64,000 nt of DNA, from IMG/VR virus record IMGVR_UViG_3300031758_009617; one strand, 5' to 3'. The notes beneath the pieces are model-generated. The model was given only the letters and a program-made list of their open reading frames with translations. It had not been told where the DNA came from and searched no databases. Origin of the DNA: an uncultured virus (IMG/VR IMGVR_UViG_3300031758_009617). Lineage: Duplodnaviria; Heunggongvirae; Uroviricota; Caudoviricetes. A program made the translations under genes and the position numbers. Positions 46,211-55,073 of the stretch are shown piece by piece (the first letter of the stretch is position 1; each line of letters starts with the position of its first letter).

Positions 46211-47992
46211 TTAGTAAGTACCACCATCAATGACATTTGACCAACTTGGTGTGCCATTGTTTGACTTCAAGAAGTAATTGTTTGTGCCTGCTGCTGTTGC
46301 TTGAATGGCGCCTGTGCCATTACCATACAATACACCGTTACTTGTCAATGTTGAAGCACCTGTACCACCATCTGCAACACCGATTGCTGAAGCTAGACTT
46401 GAAACAGTACCGCCTGTCAAGTTGGCTAAGATTGTACCAACTGAGTAACCTGTACCACTTACGTTAACAGTTGTTGATGGTTCTGATTCTAATCCTTTGA
46501 AGAACTTGAAGATGTTGTTATCAGACGCATCGCGGAAGAAACCAGCATACTTCGTTGTTGATGATTCAACATATTCAGCATAGACACCTGAGTCAACTGA
46601 GTTACCTGTGTTGTTATCAGCCAACTTCAAGAGTACGTCATCAATTGTTACAGTTGTTGAGTTTACAATTGTTGATGAACCGTTAACTGTTAAGTTACCT
46701 GCCACAGTTACGTTGGCGCCATCAAGTGTCAAGGCAGTTGCGCCTGTTGATGACTTGATATCGTTACCTGTAACTTGTAAATCACCCTTAACTTCAACAT
46801 TGGCGCCTGACAATGTGAGTGCTGTTGCTGATGAGGATTTGATATCGTTACCTGTAACTGTCAAATCACCTGCAACTGCGACATCAGCACCTGAAAGAGT
46901 AAGTGCTGTGGCTGATGAGGACTTGATGTCATTACCTGTAACAGTTAAATCACCTGCTACTGCAACGTCACCTGAGCCTGAGAATGTAATGGCTGTTGTG
47001 CCACCACTCATCTTGATGTCGTTACCACCAACTGTCAAATCACCTACCAATGCCACATCTTCAGTTAATGCAACTGTAACAGCAGCCGTTTCTGAGCCTG
47101 AGCCAGTGATGGAAATTTGATTTGCTGTACCCGCAACAGTAGCAACATAGTTACCTGTTGTGTCTGTACCTAGTGCTACTGAGTTAGCGGCAATAGAAAC
47201 TACACCTGCTTCAGTTACACTGATATCACCTGACAATCCGGCATAGATGTAATCTGCAACGTTTTCTGCTGTGATGCGACGATTTGCTTCTGCTGAGGCA
47301 TCATAGACCAAGAATTCATCTGAATCAGCCAATGATGTTAATGATGTGCCGCCTGCAATATCAACCTTTGTGGCTTGTACTGAGTTGATAACAACGTTAC
47401 CTGATGATACTGTGAAGTTGGTACTGTTGAATGATGCAATACCCTTGTTGGTATCAGATGCATCTTCTGCTGAAATTGTTACTACGTTATCGGTAATTGA
47501 TGTATCAATACCTTCGCCACCGGTGAATGTTAATGTTTCACCTGTTGTGAAATTGTCAGTACCTGTGTCACCTGCAATTGTGAAGGATCCTGATGGAACG
47601 GCAGCAAATGAAAGATTACCTGAACCGTCAGTCTTTAAATATTGGTCTGCACTGAATGTTGAAGGTAATGTGTATGTAACGTTGGCTGCAACTGTGTTAG
47701 GTGCCTTTAATGTGACAGAATGTGTAGCATCGGCATCCTTTAATTCCACCTTTGCGCCCACTGTTCCTGTGGCAGGAACTAAGAAGGCATCAACTGTGTT
47801 GGTGTAGTATTTACCACCTACTTTATCAATAACTTGGGTAGTACCGTCTGAACCTACAGATTCGATGTAGAGAATAGCGCCGGCGCCGCTGTTGGAGCGG
47901 TCTTGACTATACGCTAATTCGCCTTCTGCTAAGGCAGATGTTGCTGGTGCTGTTGATCCTGAAGAACGCTTAATTTGAATTACTGTTGACAT
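46211..47992 (-). CDS. Tail fibre-like protein with 28-aa repeats
   Basis: IQIKRSSG...LAEGELAYS; about four DVAVAGDLTVTGNDIKSSSATALTLSGA repeats; ends IDGGTY. Confidence 0.85.
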   Translation of the reverse strand: MSTVIQIKRSSGSTAPATSALAEGELAYSQDRSNSGAGAILYIESVGSDGTTQVIDKVGGKYYTNTVDAFLVPATGTVGAKVELKDADATHSVTLKAPNTVAANVTYTLPSTFSADQYLKTDGSGNLSFAAVPSGSFTIAGDTGTDNFTTGETLTFTGGEGIDTSITDNVVTISAEDASDTNKGIASFNSTNFTVSSGNVVINSVQATKVDIAGGTSLTSLADSDEFLVYDASAEANRRITAENVADYIYAGLSGDISVTEAGVVSIAANSVALGTDTTGNYVATVAGTANQISITGSGSETAAVTVALTEDVALVGDLTVGGNDIKMSGGTTAITFSGSGDVAVAGDLTVTGNDIKSSSATALTLSGADVAVAGDLTVTGNDIKSSSATALTLSGANVEVKGDLQVTGNDIKSSTGATALTLDGANVTVAGNLTVNGSSTIVNSTTVTIDDVLLKLADNNTGNSVDSGVYAEYVESSTTKYAGFFRDASDNNIFKFFKGLESEPSTTVNVSGTGYSVGTILANLTGGTVSSLASAIGVADGGTGASTLTSNGVLYGNGTGAIQATAAGTNNYFLKSNNGTPSWSNVIDGGTY

Positions 47993-48013
47993 GGAAAATC
48001 TCCTGTGGGTTTT

Positions 48014-48226
48014 TTAATATGTTCCGCCATCTATATTCGTTGCTGATGCTTGAATTTGCTGTGCATCCCAACGTTGTTCCGTTTCATTCCATATCAAAGT
48101 GGCGCCATCTTCTAAATTATCTTTATTCACGTTCTTCAATTCTTCTAAATTAACTAGAGGTAACGAAACCTTTTTTACATTTGTATTAATTCTTTGAGGT
48201 GTTGATACTTGTACTTTGAGTGCCAT
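48014..48226 (-). CDS. Small virion protein
   Basis: LEELKNV...DGATLIWN...IDGGTY. Confidence 0.6.
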   Translation of the reverse strand: MALKVQVSTPQRINTNVKKVSLPLVNLEELKNVNKDNLEDGATLIWNETEQRWDAQQIQASATNIDGGTY

Positions 48227-48558
48227 TATCGTGTGACCTCGGGTGTTACGGTTACTATCCCTTCAAGAACTCTGGTAATTACATCATCATTTTCAATTTC
48301 AATATCATAGACATATCGACCAAAACGTAATGCTCCTGTTTGAGTTGATGTTAATGATAATGTAATCACCCCATTCTCAGGTTCATCACCTGCAGAAGTT
48401 GTGAATTGAGTATACGTATTCGACCCATAACTTTTACGCATTTGAGCACGAATGGTATAATCAGTTAAATCTAAAGGATTGCCCAAGGCGTCAGACAGTT
48501 CAATGGAAATTGAATATGTACTACCTTGGTCAATAACTAAATTACGAGCAGTTGCCAT
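48226..48558 (-). CDS. Conserved T4-like virion structural protein (Ig/BppU-like)
   Basis: NLVIDQGSTY, DLTDYTIRAQMRKSY, GRYVYDIEI, RVLEGIVTVTPEVT. Confidence 0.75.
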   Translation of the reverse strand: MATARNLVIDQGSTYSISIELSDALGNPLDLTDYTIRAQMRKSYGSNTYTQFTTSAGDEPENGVITLSLTSTQTGALRFGRYVYDIEIENDDVITRVLEGIVTVTPEVTR

Positions 48559-48584
48559 ATGTTGAATATTTATAGTTTTTGAAA

Positions 48585-48998
48585 TTATGCCTGAATTGTC
48601 ATAGCAGAAAAACGAAACACCGTTGATGATGCATTTGTAGGCGTAACTAAAATACGAAGATTTCCACTATTAATATCAGCATCAAATGTTGCCAAAGAGT
48701 TTCCTGTCAATACAGTGCCATATTCAGTTAAATACACAGTGGTTCCATCATGAATAATCATGAGAGATGTGGCATGAAACTCACTCGTAGTTGTGTTGGC
48801 AACTTGAACAATGTATCGCAATGTTCTAACAGAAGATGCTGCAACAGAATCCAATAGTTGATTTAATGACGTACTTGTTGTTGTTAACGTTCCTGCACGA
48901 CCTTCAACCTTGAAACTATTCAAGTTTGAGAGATTGTCATCAAGTTCTTGATGTGTTAATGTTGATCCTTTAACTGTTCGTAATGTTAACGTTGCCAT
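48585..48998 (-). CDS. Virion structural protein
   Basis: MATLTLR..KGS.LT..ELD.N anchor plus IIHDGT..YLTEYG domain shared with 44915..45634. Confidence 0.7.
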   Translation of the reverse strand: MATLTLRTVKGSTLTHQELDDNLSNLNSFKVEGRAGTLTTTSTSLNQLLDSVAASSVRTLRYIVQVANTTTSEFHATSLMIIHDGTTVYLTEYGTVLTGNSLATFDADINSGNLRILVTPTNASSTVFRFSAMTIQA

Positions 48999-49029
48999 TG
49001 AGAAATCCTAATTAATCGTTCTATAGTAT

Positions 49030-49698
49030 TTATACATGCGGTGCCCATTTATTTAATGGACATGACGCTGAGGCGAGTTGAGTCTTGGTTTTCATGAAAC
49101 AACCACACTCAGTACAGCGAAATGCATCTTTTTCCAACTTGTCACATGACTGACAAATATTCATACGTTCAAATCCCACTTCAGTAGGAACAATGACAGG
49201 CAATCCTTTTGCGGCGTTTTTTCCTGTTTTCCACATTTCTTTGGCAAGATTCCGTGCCTGTTGAAATACTGAAGGAAACTTATGAAGGGTTTCCTTCTCC
49301 TGTTCTAAAAAATAATCAACCTTTAAAATGGTTTCTTGTTCTTCAGGTGTGAAACGAGCTTGTTCATATGTCAATCCTGTCATCATTTTTGTGATGATGT
49401 TTAAATCATCATTCAATGTGTTATTGAATATGGCAAATCGCCAGAACACAGGAGTTTGATTTTTCGGAAGAAAATAGTATAATGTGGGAGTTTGGGCACG
49501 AGGAAATCCCATGAGATGTTCTGGGATACACATGGTGTAATATACCACAGGTGTAGGATGTTCTTGTAGCTTTTGTTCTAACTGCTGCTGTTCTGGTTTT
49601 AATCCATTTTCACACCCTTCAGATATCACAAGTATTAAAATGGGCACAGACGATGTATCAATGATGTTGGCTACATCAGGAAATGTGTTTGGTTGCAT
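49030..49698 (-). CDS. Thioredoxin-like domain fused to a C-terminal Cys cluster
   Basis: LVISEGC...QTPTLYYF thioredoxin-like pattern; C-terminal ICQSC...RCTECGCFMKTKT...SCPLNKW. Confidence 0.55.
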   Translation of the reverse strand: MQPNTFPDVANIIDTSSVPILILVISEGCENGLKPEQQQLEQKLQEHPTPVVYYTMCIPEHLMGFPRAQTPTLYYFLPKNQTPVFWRFAIFNNTLNDDLNIITKMMTGLTYEQARFTPEEQETILKVDYFLEQEKETLHKFPSVFQQARNLAKEMWKTGKNAAKGLPVIVPTEVGFERMNICQSCDKLEKDAFRCTECGCFMKTKTQLASASCPLNKWAPHV

Positions 49699-50483
49699 TA
49701 TTCTTTCACATATTTAAGGATTAAATCACTAGGAAATAGTTCACTATTATTTCGTAAAAAGACGTAATATTTTTCATATACGTCGGTGAGGTTCATGTCA
49801 TTACGTAAAGGTTCTTTTGCATAATCTTGTGATGCTGCTTTATGTTGTTCAAAATTATTGGGGTCATTAATATTTCCACTTTGTTTATGTCCTGCTATTT
49901 CATGTGGGTCTGACCAATTGAAACAATATGAGGGAACGTAGTGTGTGTAATGTTCATCTAATTGTTTTTCATCGCGTAATTTAGTATACCAACTCAATCC
50001 CTCATATCCTGTGATGTCTGAGCGAAATCCAATTTGTCGAATCCGAGGCATTTTCACAATAACACTTGCTTCCAATGTATTTTGTGTAAGTTCTAATTTA
50101 TGTTGAGTGGCAAAGAAACTTTTTTGAGGTTTCCATGCATCTGTACCCACTTCTTCTATTTTATCTACAGCTTGTTGAATATGCCAAGGTAGGTAAATGT
50201 CGTCATCATCAGCCAACATGAAATAATCACCTGTGGCGTAGATTACTGCATCACGACAAATTTGTCCTCGATTAGTATACGGAAGACCTGTTTGCATATC
50301 AGTGTTATTGTTTATTAATACAATACGGTCATCAGAAAATCCCAATGACATAGGATATTCCATATCTGTATTTAGGATAATCAGTTCTTTGTTTGGGTAT
50401 GTTTGTGCATTAAACTGCGCAATGATTCTATTGACACATGTATATCTTCTAAATGATGTACAGACAAAACTAACTTTTTTCAT
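49698..50483 (-). CDS. GT2-family glycosyltransferase
   Basis: VSFVCTSFRR, AQTYPNKELIILN, ATGDYFMLADDDDIYLPWHI. Confidence 0.88.
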   Translation of the reverse strand: MKKVSFVCTSFRRYTCVNRIIAQFNAQTYPNKELIILNTDMEYPMSLGFSDDRIVLINNNTDMQTGLPYTNRGQICRDAVIYATGDYFMLADDDDIYLPWHIQQAVDKIEEVGTDAWKPQKSFFATQHKLELTQNTLEASVIVKMPRIRQIGFRSDITGYEGLSWYTKLRDEKQLDEHYTHYVPSYCFNWSDPHEIAGHKQSGNINDPNNFEQHKAASQDYAKEPLRNDMNLTDVYEKYYVFLRNNSELFPSDLILKYVKE

Positions 50484-51106
50484 AACTGTTCCTGGTTATT
50501 TAATCTATTCCAAATTTCAGGCGACCAACTGTACAATGATAAATGTTTTGCATATTTATTTTCAAATTCTCCGTACACAAAATATTCTATATTCTTTTCC
50601 CTCATCTTGTTTTTAATAACTTCGTGTGTGGTTTCATAACTATACCCTAAAGAAGATTTAACAACACTACCAAACCAACTAGGCCCATACCAATTATTGC
50701 TATCATTTATTTGTTGTGTACAGTATTCTAGAACATCTAAATCTTTTTTTGCACCAAATACATTATTTGGAATAGTTAAGTCGCCTTCGTTGTGGTATAA
50801 AAATACCCCATCATAATTTAAAAAATCGTCCAATGAATTCACCGGTTTAAAATCAATATCCAAGTAGAATCCTCCAAATTCTTTAACAGCCCAAATACGT
50901 AACAAGTCTGCACAAAAAGCATAGTTTTTTATTGAGTAGAATTTGTCATACCAATTTTGAATATTTTTAGATAATGGTGGGGGCGAAGACCAGAAAATAT
51001 ATTCGTAATCCGAGTGCATCTCTTTTATTTCATTTGCTAGTTTCTGTTCTCGCTTGGGTAATTTAAAATCCCCTACCCATATTTGATGAATTATTTTTGG
51101 TATCAT
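50480..51106 (-). CDS. GT32 (OCH1-like, DxD sugar-binding) glycosyltransferase
   Basis: MIPKIIHQIW, YAFCADLLR, GGFYLDIDF, GP. Confidence 0.9.
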   Translation of the reverse strand: MIPKIIHQIWVGDFKLPKREQKLANEIKEMHSDYEYIFWSSPPPLSKNIQNWYDKFYSIKNYAFCADLLRIWAVKEFGGFYLDIDFKPVNSLDDFLNYDGVFLYHNEGDLTIPNNVFGAKKDLDVLEYCTQQINDSNNWYGPSWFGSVVKSSLGYSYETTHEVIKNKMREKNIEYFVYGEFENKYAKHLSLYSWSPEIWNRLNNQEQL

Positions 51107-51676
51107 TCATCTTCTCCATACGGCATCTTCACCTTCTATAATTAATGTATATCTATTTTTTTGAAGGCGTGAATATGTCTGAGCCAATTCTTCTTTTAAG
51201 CAATGTGTTATTTCAAACTCTATTTGTATTGGATGAACAGAAGAATCAAGTATACTGTTAACAACTACACAATCATGACCCTCTGTGTCTATCTTAACTA
51301 AATCCACAGATTCGATTTGATAACGTTCCACAAGGGTAGACCATGTGATGGCTTCTATTTTATGGTTAGTTAACATTCCTGTCTCTAACATCTTTTTTGC
51401 TTCAGAATGACCTCGGTGGGGTTTAATTATAGTGGCCCAACCTTTTGTGAAACCTAAATTATACTTTTCTTGATTTTCGGGTTCAACCCAAAATAAATCT
51501 ACTATGTTGTTTTCTGCTGATATAGCAACGTTTATCTTAGTTACATTAGGTTTATCGGGTAATCGGTCTAGATATGTTTTTACAGGTTCGACTGACAAAC
51601 CTATTTGTTCAGGTGTACACCCTTCTAATAACGTGTGGTAGTCGCATGTGCCTATTTCAACAAAATCATATCTCAT
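51107..51676 (-). CDS. FkbM-family methyltransferase
   Basis: FVEIG, GLSVEP, NVAIS, VDLVKIDTEGHD, IEFE. Confidence 0.88.
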   Translation of the reverse strand: MRYDFVEIGTCDYHTLLEGCTPEQIGLSVEPVKTYLDRLPDKPNVTKINVAISAENNIVDLFWVEPENQEKYNLGFTKGWATIIKPHRGHSEAKKMLETGMLTNHKIEAITWSTLVERYQIESVDLVKIDTEGHDCVVVNSILDSSVHPIQIEFEITHCLKEELAQTYSRLQKNRYTLIIEGEDAVWRR

Positions 51677-52623
51677 AGTAAACAACTCGTTTTAGCGGTT
51701 TCAAGAATTTCTTGTACATACTTATATGTACACATCTTTTCGTTATAATTTTCAAGAGTAATATTATTATACGGTAATTTTCCGTCAACATACTTACCCT
51801 TAAAAAAAGTTCTGTCCTTATCTGCTGTTTCTCCTGTAACTCCCGCATTATGCATGATAGTACATTTCTCCCAAAAGTCAAGACCGTGCATAGGCCATGT
51901 GAACTCTAATTCGTCCACCACTTTGGTATCATGTCCAAAATACCAACCATTCCATAAAACTGCCCACATATCAGCAGTCCATTTTTGTATGGGGTGATAT
52001 TTATCGGTTTGAGGAAATGCTTTCAGATGGTCAAGAAAAAATTGATACAATTTTTCAGAATCCTCATACACCTTTTTCCAAAAAGCAGCATCAATGTTTT
52101 TCATGAGATATTGAGCACCTCCACTGTGCATCTCATATTGTACCGGAACATCTTCACTTATACCTACAATTTCACACATGCGTTCGTACACACCACATTT
52201 TTTGCTTTTAATATATTCTGCTCCAATGTAATAGCGCGTGTCACTTAAATACCAAACATCGTCATGCACTAAATGGTCCCATTGTGGGGGCTTCGTGAGA
52301 ATGATATCGCAATCATGATACATAATGGCTTCATCTTTTAAATAAGGATGCTTCTCAAAATGTTTTTGTAGAATGTGTGGACGAATTGAAGAAATATATA
52401 CCGAATTTTCTCTGTCATCATTATAAAAAAAGAATCGAACCGTGTTATAGTGATTAGCTAATTTAATCCAAGCATCAGGGATATGATTGTTTTTAATGGA
52501 ACATACAATATCTATATTGTTTGGATTTAAACCATTTTTTAAAAAATTGTGTATCATAACCTCAACCTGCCATGTGTAATAATCAATGGCAGGTTGGGCT
52601 GATATATAACGTAAGTTTTTCAT
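51673..52623 (-). CDS. GT-A glycosyltransferase resembling GT95/GT96 peptidyl O-glycosyltransferases
   Basis: YYTWQVEVMIHNF, YISSIRP, YHDCDIILTKP (DxD), GGAQY, WTADMWA, IMHNAG. Confidence 0.65.
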   Translation of the reverse strand: MKNLRYISAQPAIDYYTWQVEVMIHNFLKNGLNPNNIDIVCSIKNNHIPDAWIKLANHYNTVRFFFYNDDRENSVYISSIRPHILQKHFEKHPYLKDEAIMYHDCDIILTKPPQWDHLVHDDVWYLSDTRYYIGAEYIKSKKCGVYERMCEIVGISEDVPVQYEMHSGGAQYLMKNIDAAFWKKVYEDSEKLYQFFLDHLKAFPQTDKYHPIQKWTADMWAVLWNGWYFGHDTKVVDELEFTWPMHGLDFWEKCTIMHNAGVTGETADKDRTFFKGKYVDGKLPYNNITLENYNEKMCTYKYVQEILETAKTSCLL

Positions 52624-52652
52624 AAAGTAAATATCACCTTGTTGTTAATGAT

Positions 52653-54098
52653 TTAGCAGATACATGCACCACCTGAACAACAGCCAGGATCACAGTTTTG
52701 TACCAAATATCCATATGTGATTGTGCAATCGTCATTTTGAAGGTCACATACAGCAGCGTCACCTATACATGTTGATGTGCCAGGTAAACAACCCACGACA
52801 CATGTTGTCGTTGTTGTTGTTGCTGCTGCTGTTGTAGTTGTTGTTGCTGCTGCTGTTGTAGTTGTTGTGGGAGCTGCTGTTGTAGTTGTTGTGGGAGCTG
52901 CAGTTGTTGTCGTTGTTCCGCCTGGGCACGATGTTGGGCCTGTCAAGTTACCTGCGCCTGTTACTTGATAGTATACCCCACCTCCATCGCCATAATAACC
53001 GGCGTCTGCAAACGTGCCACATCCCGAGTCAGTATACAACTTGGTTCCACCCACATAATATGTGAATTGTGCTGCGGCTGAACAGGCTCCAGATATACTT
53101 CCTTGAACACCTGAAAGTCCCAATGTTGAACTATAACAGACTGCTGTTGTAGTAGTTGTGGCTGCTGTTGTAGTAGTTGTGGCTGCTGTTGTAGTTGTAG
53201 TAGTTGTTGCTGGGGGTGAGCCTGAACATTGAGAGTCGTTGGTACATACTCCAAATCCACCTGATGTAGATCCACCTTGTCCGCTTACATCTACAATCAA
53301 CGTACCTGGTGCTACACATAAATTAACAAATTGGCCGAAATCCAATGATCCTTGTATATATCCAGCACTACCATAGGGTATATAGTCGAACACATAGGTT
53401 TGTTGATTGTTGAATGGTGAAGTGTTGTATACGGTCCAACAATCACCGAGCGCCGCTGTGGTTGTTGATGTAGTTGATGTTGTTGATGTAGATGTTGTAG
53501 ATGTTGTAGATGTTGTAGATGTTGTAGATGTAGATGTCGTCGTTGTTGGTGGTTCTGTTGTTGATGTCGTCGTTGTTGGTGGTTCTGTTGTAGATGTTGT
53601 AGATGTTGTTGATGTCGTCGTTGTTGGTGGTTCTGTTGTAGATGTTGTAGATGTTGTAGATGTTGTTGATGTCGTCGTTGTTGGTGGTTCTGTTGTTGAT
53701 GTCGTCGTTGTTGTTGATGTGGATGTTGTAGTTGTTGGTGCCGCGGTAGTTGTTGATGTGGATGTTGTAGTTGTTGGTGCCGCGGTAGTTGTTGATGTGG
53801 ATGTTGTAGTTGTTGGTGCCGCGGTAGTTGTTGATGTGGATGTTGTAGTTGTTGGTGCCGCGGTAGTTGTAGTAGTAAAATTATGATTATAGGCAAAAAA
53901 CTCACTGATAGCATGAGGTGTTGAACCGTCAGGATAATTACCTACCGCACCCGAAGTGTTAGCAGGCACCTTAGGAGAAGGATCCAATGTGTTAACATTG
54001 TTTGTAGACAATGACTGAAGGGATAGTTCACTTGACGGCAATCCCTTTTCGTCGCCTACATCTTTAATTGAAATTTGCCCGCTGGATACGATGGCCAT
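52653..54098 (-). CDS. Mucin-like Thr/Ser/Pro-repeat, Cys-rich putative fibre-tip protein
   Basis: Adhesin-type N-terminus MAIVSSGQISIKDV...PHAISEFFAYNH; three Thr-rich tracts separating Cys domains with 4, 4 and 10 Cys; GGAG RBS; follows an S74 fibre. Confidence 0.8.
   Translation of the reverse strand: MAIVSSGQISIKDVGDEKGLPSSELSLQSLSTNNVNTLDPSPKVPANTSGAVGNYPDGSTPHAISEFFAYNHNFTTTTTAAPTTTTSTSTTTAAPTTTTSTSTTTAAPTTTTSTSTTTAAPTTTTSTSTTTTTSTTEPPTTTTSTTSTTSTTSTTEPPTTTTSTTSTTSTTEPPTTTTSTTEPPTTTTSTSTTSTTSTTSTTSTSTTSTTSTTTAALGDCWTVYNTSPFNNQQTYVFDYIPYGSAGYIQGSLDFGQFVNLCVAPGTLIVDVSGQGGSTSGGFGVCTNDSQCSGSPPATTTTTTTAATTTTTAATTTTTAVCYSSTLGLSGVQGSISGACSAAAQFTYYVGGTKLYTDSGCGTFADAGYYGDGGGVYYQVTGAGNLTGPTSCPGGTTTTTAAPTTTTTAAPTTTTTAAATTTTTAAATTTTTTCVVGCLPGTSTCIGDAAVCDLQNDDCTITYGYLVQNCDPGCCSGGACIC
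53458..53876 (-). repeat. Coding tandem repeats of the mucin-like tract
   Basis: Four perfect 39-nt units at 53710-53865 (TAAPTTTTSTSTT), four EPPTTTT units and variable 9-nt STT runs (gatgttgta). Confidence 0.95.
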
Positions 54099-54119
54099 TG
54101 TCTATGTTCTCCTGTGTTA

Positions 54120-55070
54120 TTACTTAGTGCAGTTGCACTTACTTAACTTATCATCCAATTCCTTAATGGCTTCAATCAACAACCCAATCATCTTTTCATA
54201 CTTCACAGCCATGTGACCACTTTCACGGGTTGTTACAACTTCAGGTAGTACACCGGCAACGTCTTGTGCAATAACACCTGTATCTGCCCCATGTAATCCT
54301 AATGCATTAGCTTCTTCATTCCAAGTATATGTGACACCGCGAAGTGCCTTCACCTTTGTGAGAGCATCAGAAATAACTGCAACATCTGTCTTTAATCCTG
54401 CATCTGAGGATGAGAAGGCAATGATGTCACCTGATGCCTTGATTTGTCCTGTGGCAGCACCTGTTGCTGAGCCCACATTGATACTTCCAAATGTCACGTT
54501 ACTTGCTGTTCCTACGGCTTGACCAATGGCAACAGTGGGTGTGGCACTCTCACCACTATTATTTGTTAATGTAACACCTGTGCCTGCCACTAATGATGCG
54601 ACATAATCACCTGTAGTATCGGTGCCTAAAGCAACTGAGTTGGCGGCAATTGTTAACGCTACGTTTGATACGTTTGCAGAACCATCAATGGTGAAGTTAC
54701 CTGTTACATCGCCTGTGGCGAATGTCACGGTGCGACCAGTTGTCCAACCTGCCGATGTGCCTGTGATGTTACTATCAGTGAAGGCGACAGTTTTGCGTGT
54801 TGAACTTGGGGTGAAAAACAAGTTCGTGCCGTTAAATTCGACGGCACCTGCTTGTGGAGTTGTTAAGTTTGTGCCAGACACAAGTTTTACAGGAGCAATG
54901 GTTGTTGTTCCTGTTACAAGAACTAAAGTTCCCGTCATTGTGCCGCCTGATTTTTCCAATTTGGCAACATCTAAACTGTTGAAGTTGGCGTCAACTTCTG
55001 CATTAGTAAGTGGGGCACCTTTGTTTGTTCCTGCTGCTGGGGCTGTTTGGCGAAGCGTTAAAGTAGCCAT
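54120..55070 (-). CDS. Short tail fibre with C-terminal S74 chaperone
   Basis: MATLTLR...KGAPLTNAEVDANF anchor; SSSDAGLK...GVIAQDV...LPEVV...VKYEKMIGLLIEAIKEL. Confidence 0.85.
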   Translation of the reverse strand: MATLTLRQTAPAAGTNKGAPLTNAEVDANFNSLDVAKLEKSGGTMTGTLVLVTGTTTIAPVKLVSGTNLTTPQAGAVEFNGTNLFFTPSSTRKTVAFTDSNITGTSAGWTTGRTVTFATGDVTGNFTIDGSANVSNVALTIAANSVALGTDTTGDYVASLVAGTGVTLTNNSGESATPTVAIGQAVGTASNVTFGSINVGSATGAATGQIKASGDIIAFSSSDAGLKTDVAVISDALTKVKALRGVTYTWNEEANALGLHGADTGVIAQDVAGVLPEVVTTRESGHMAVKYEKMIGLLIEAIKELDDKLSKCNCTK

Positions 55071-55073
55071 AAG

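Noticed and set aside
53710..53865. 39-nt direct repeats as a possible CRISPR array
   Set aside because: The units are contiguous with no unique spacers, are in frame within a coding sequence, and no cas genes are present.
53312..53914. Poly-Gln/His (minus) and poly-Val (plus) ORFs over the repeat tract
   Set aside because: They are alternative-frame shadows of the Thr-codon repeats; the Thr frame has the RBS, a paralogous N-terminus and coherent Cys domains.
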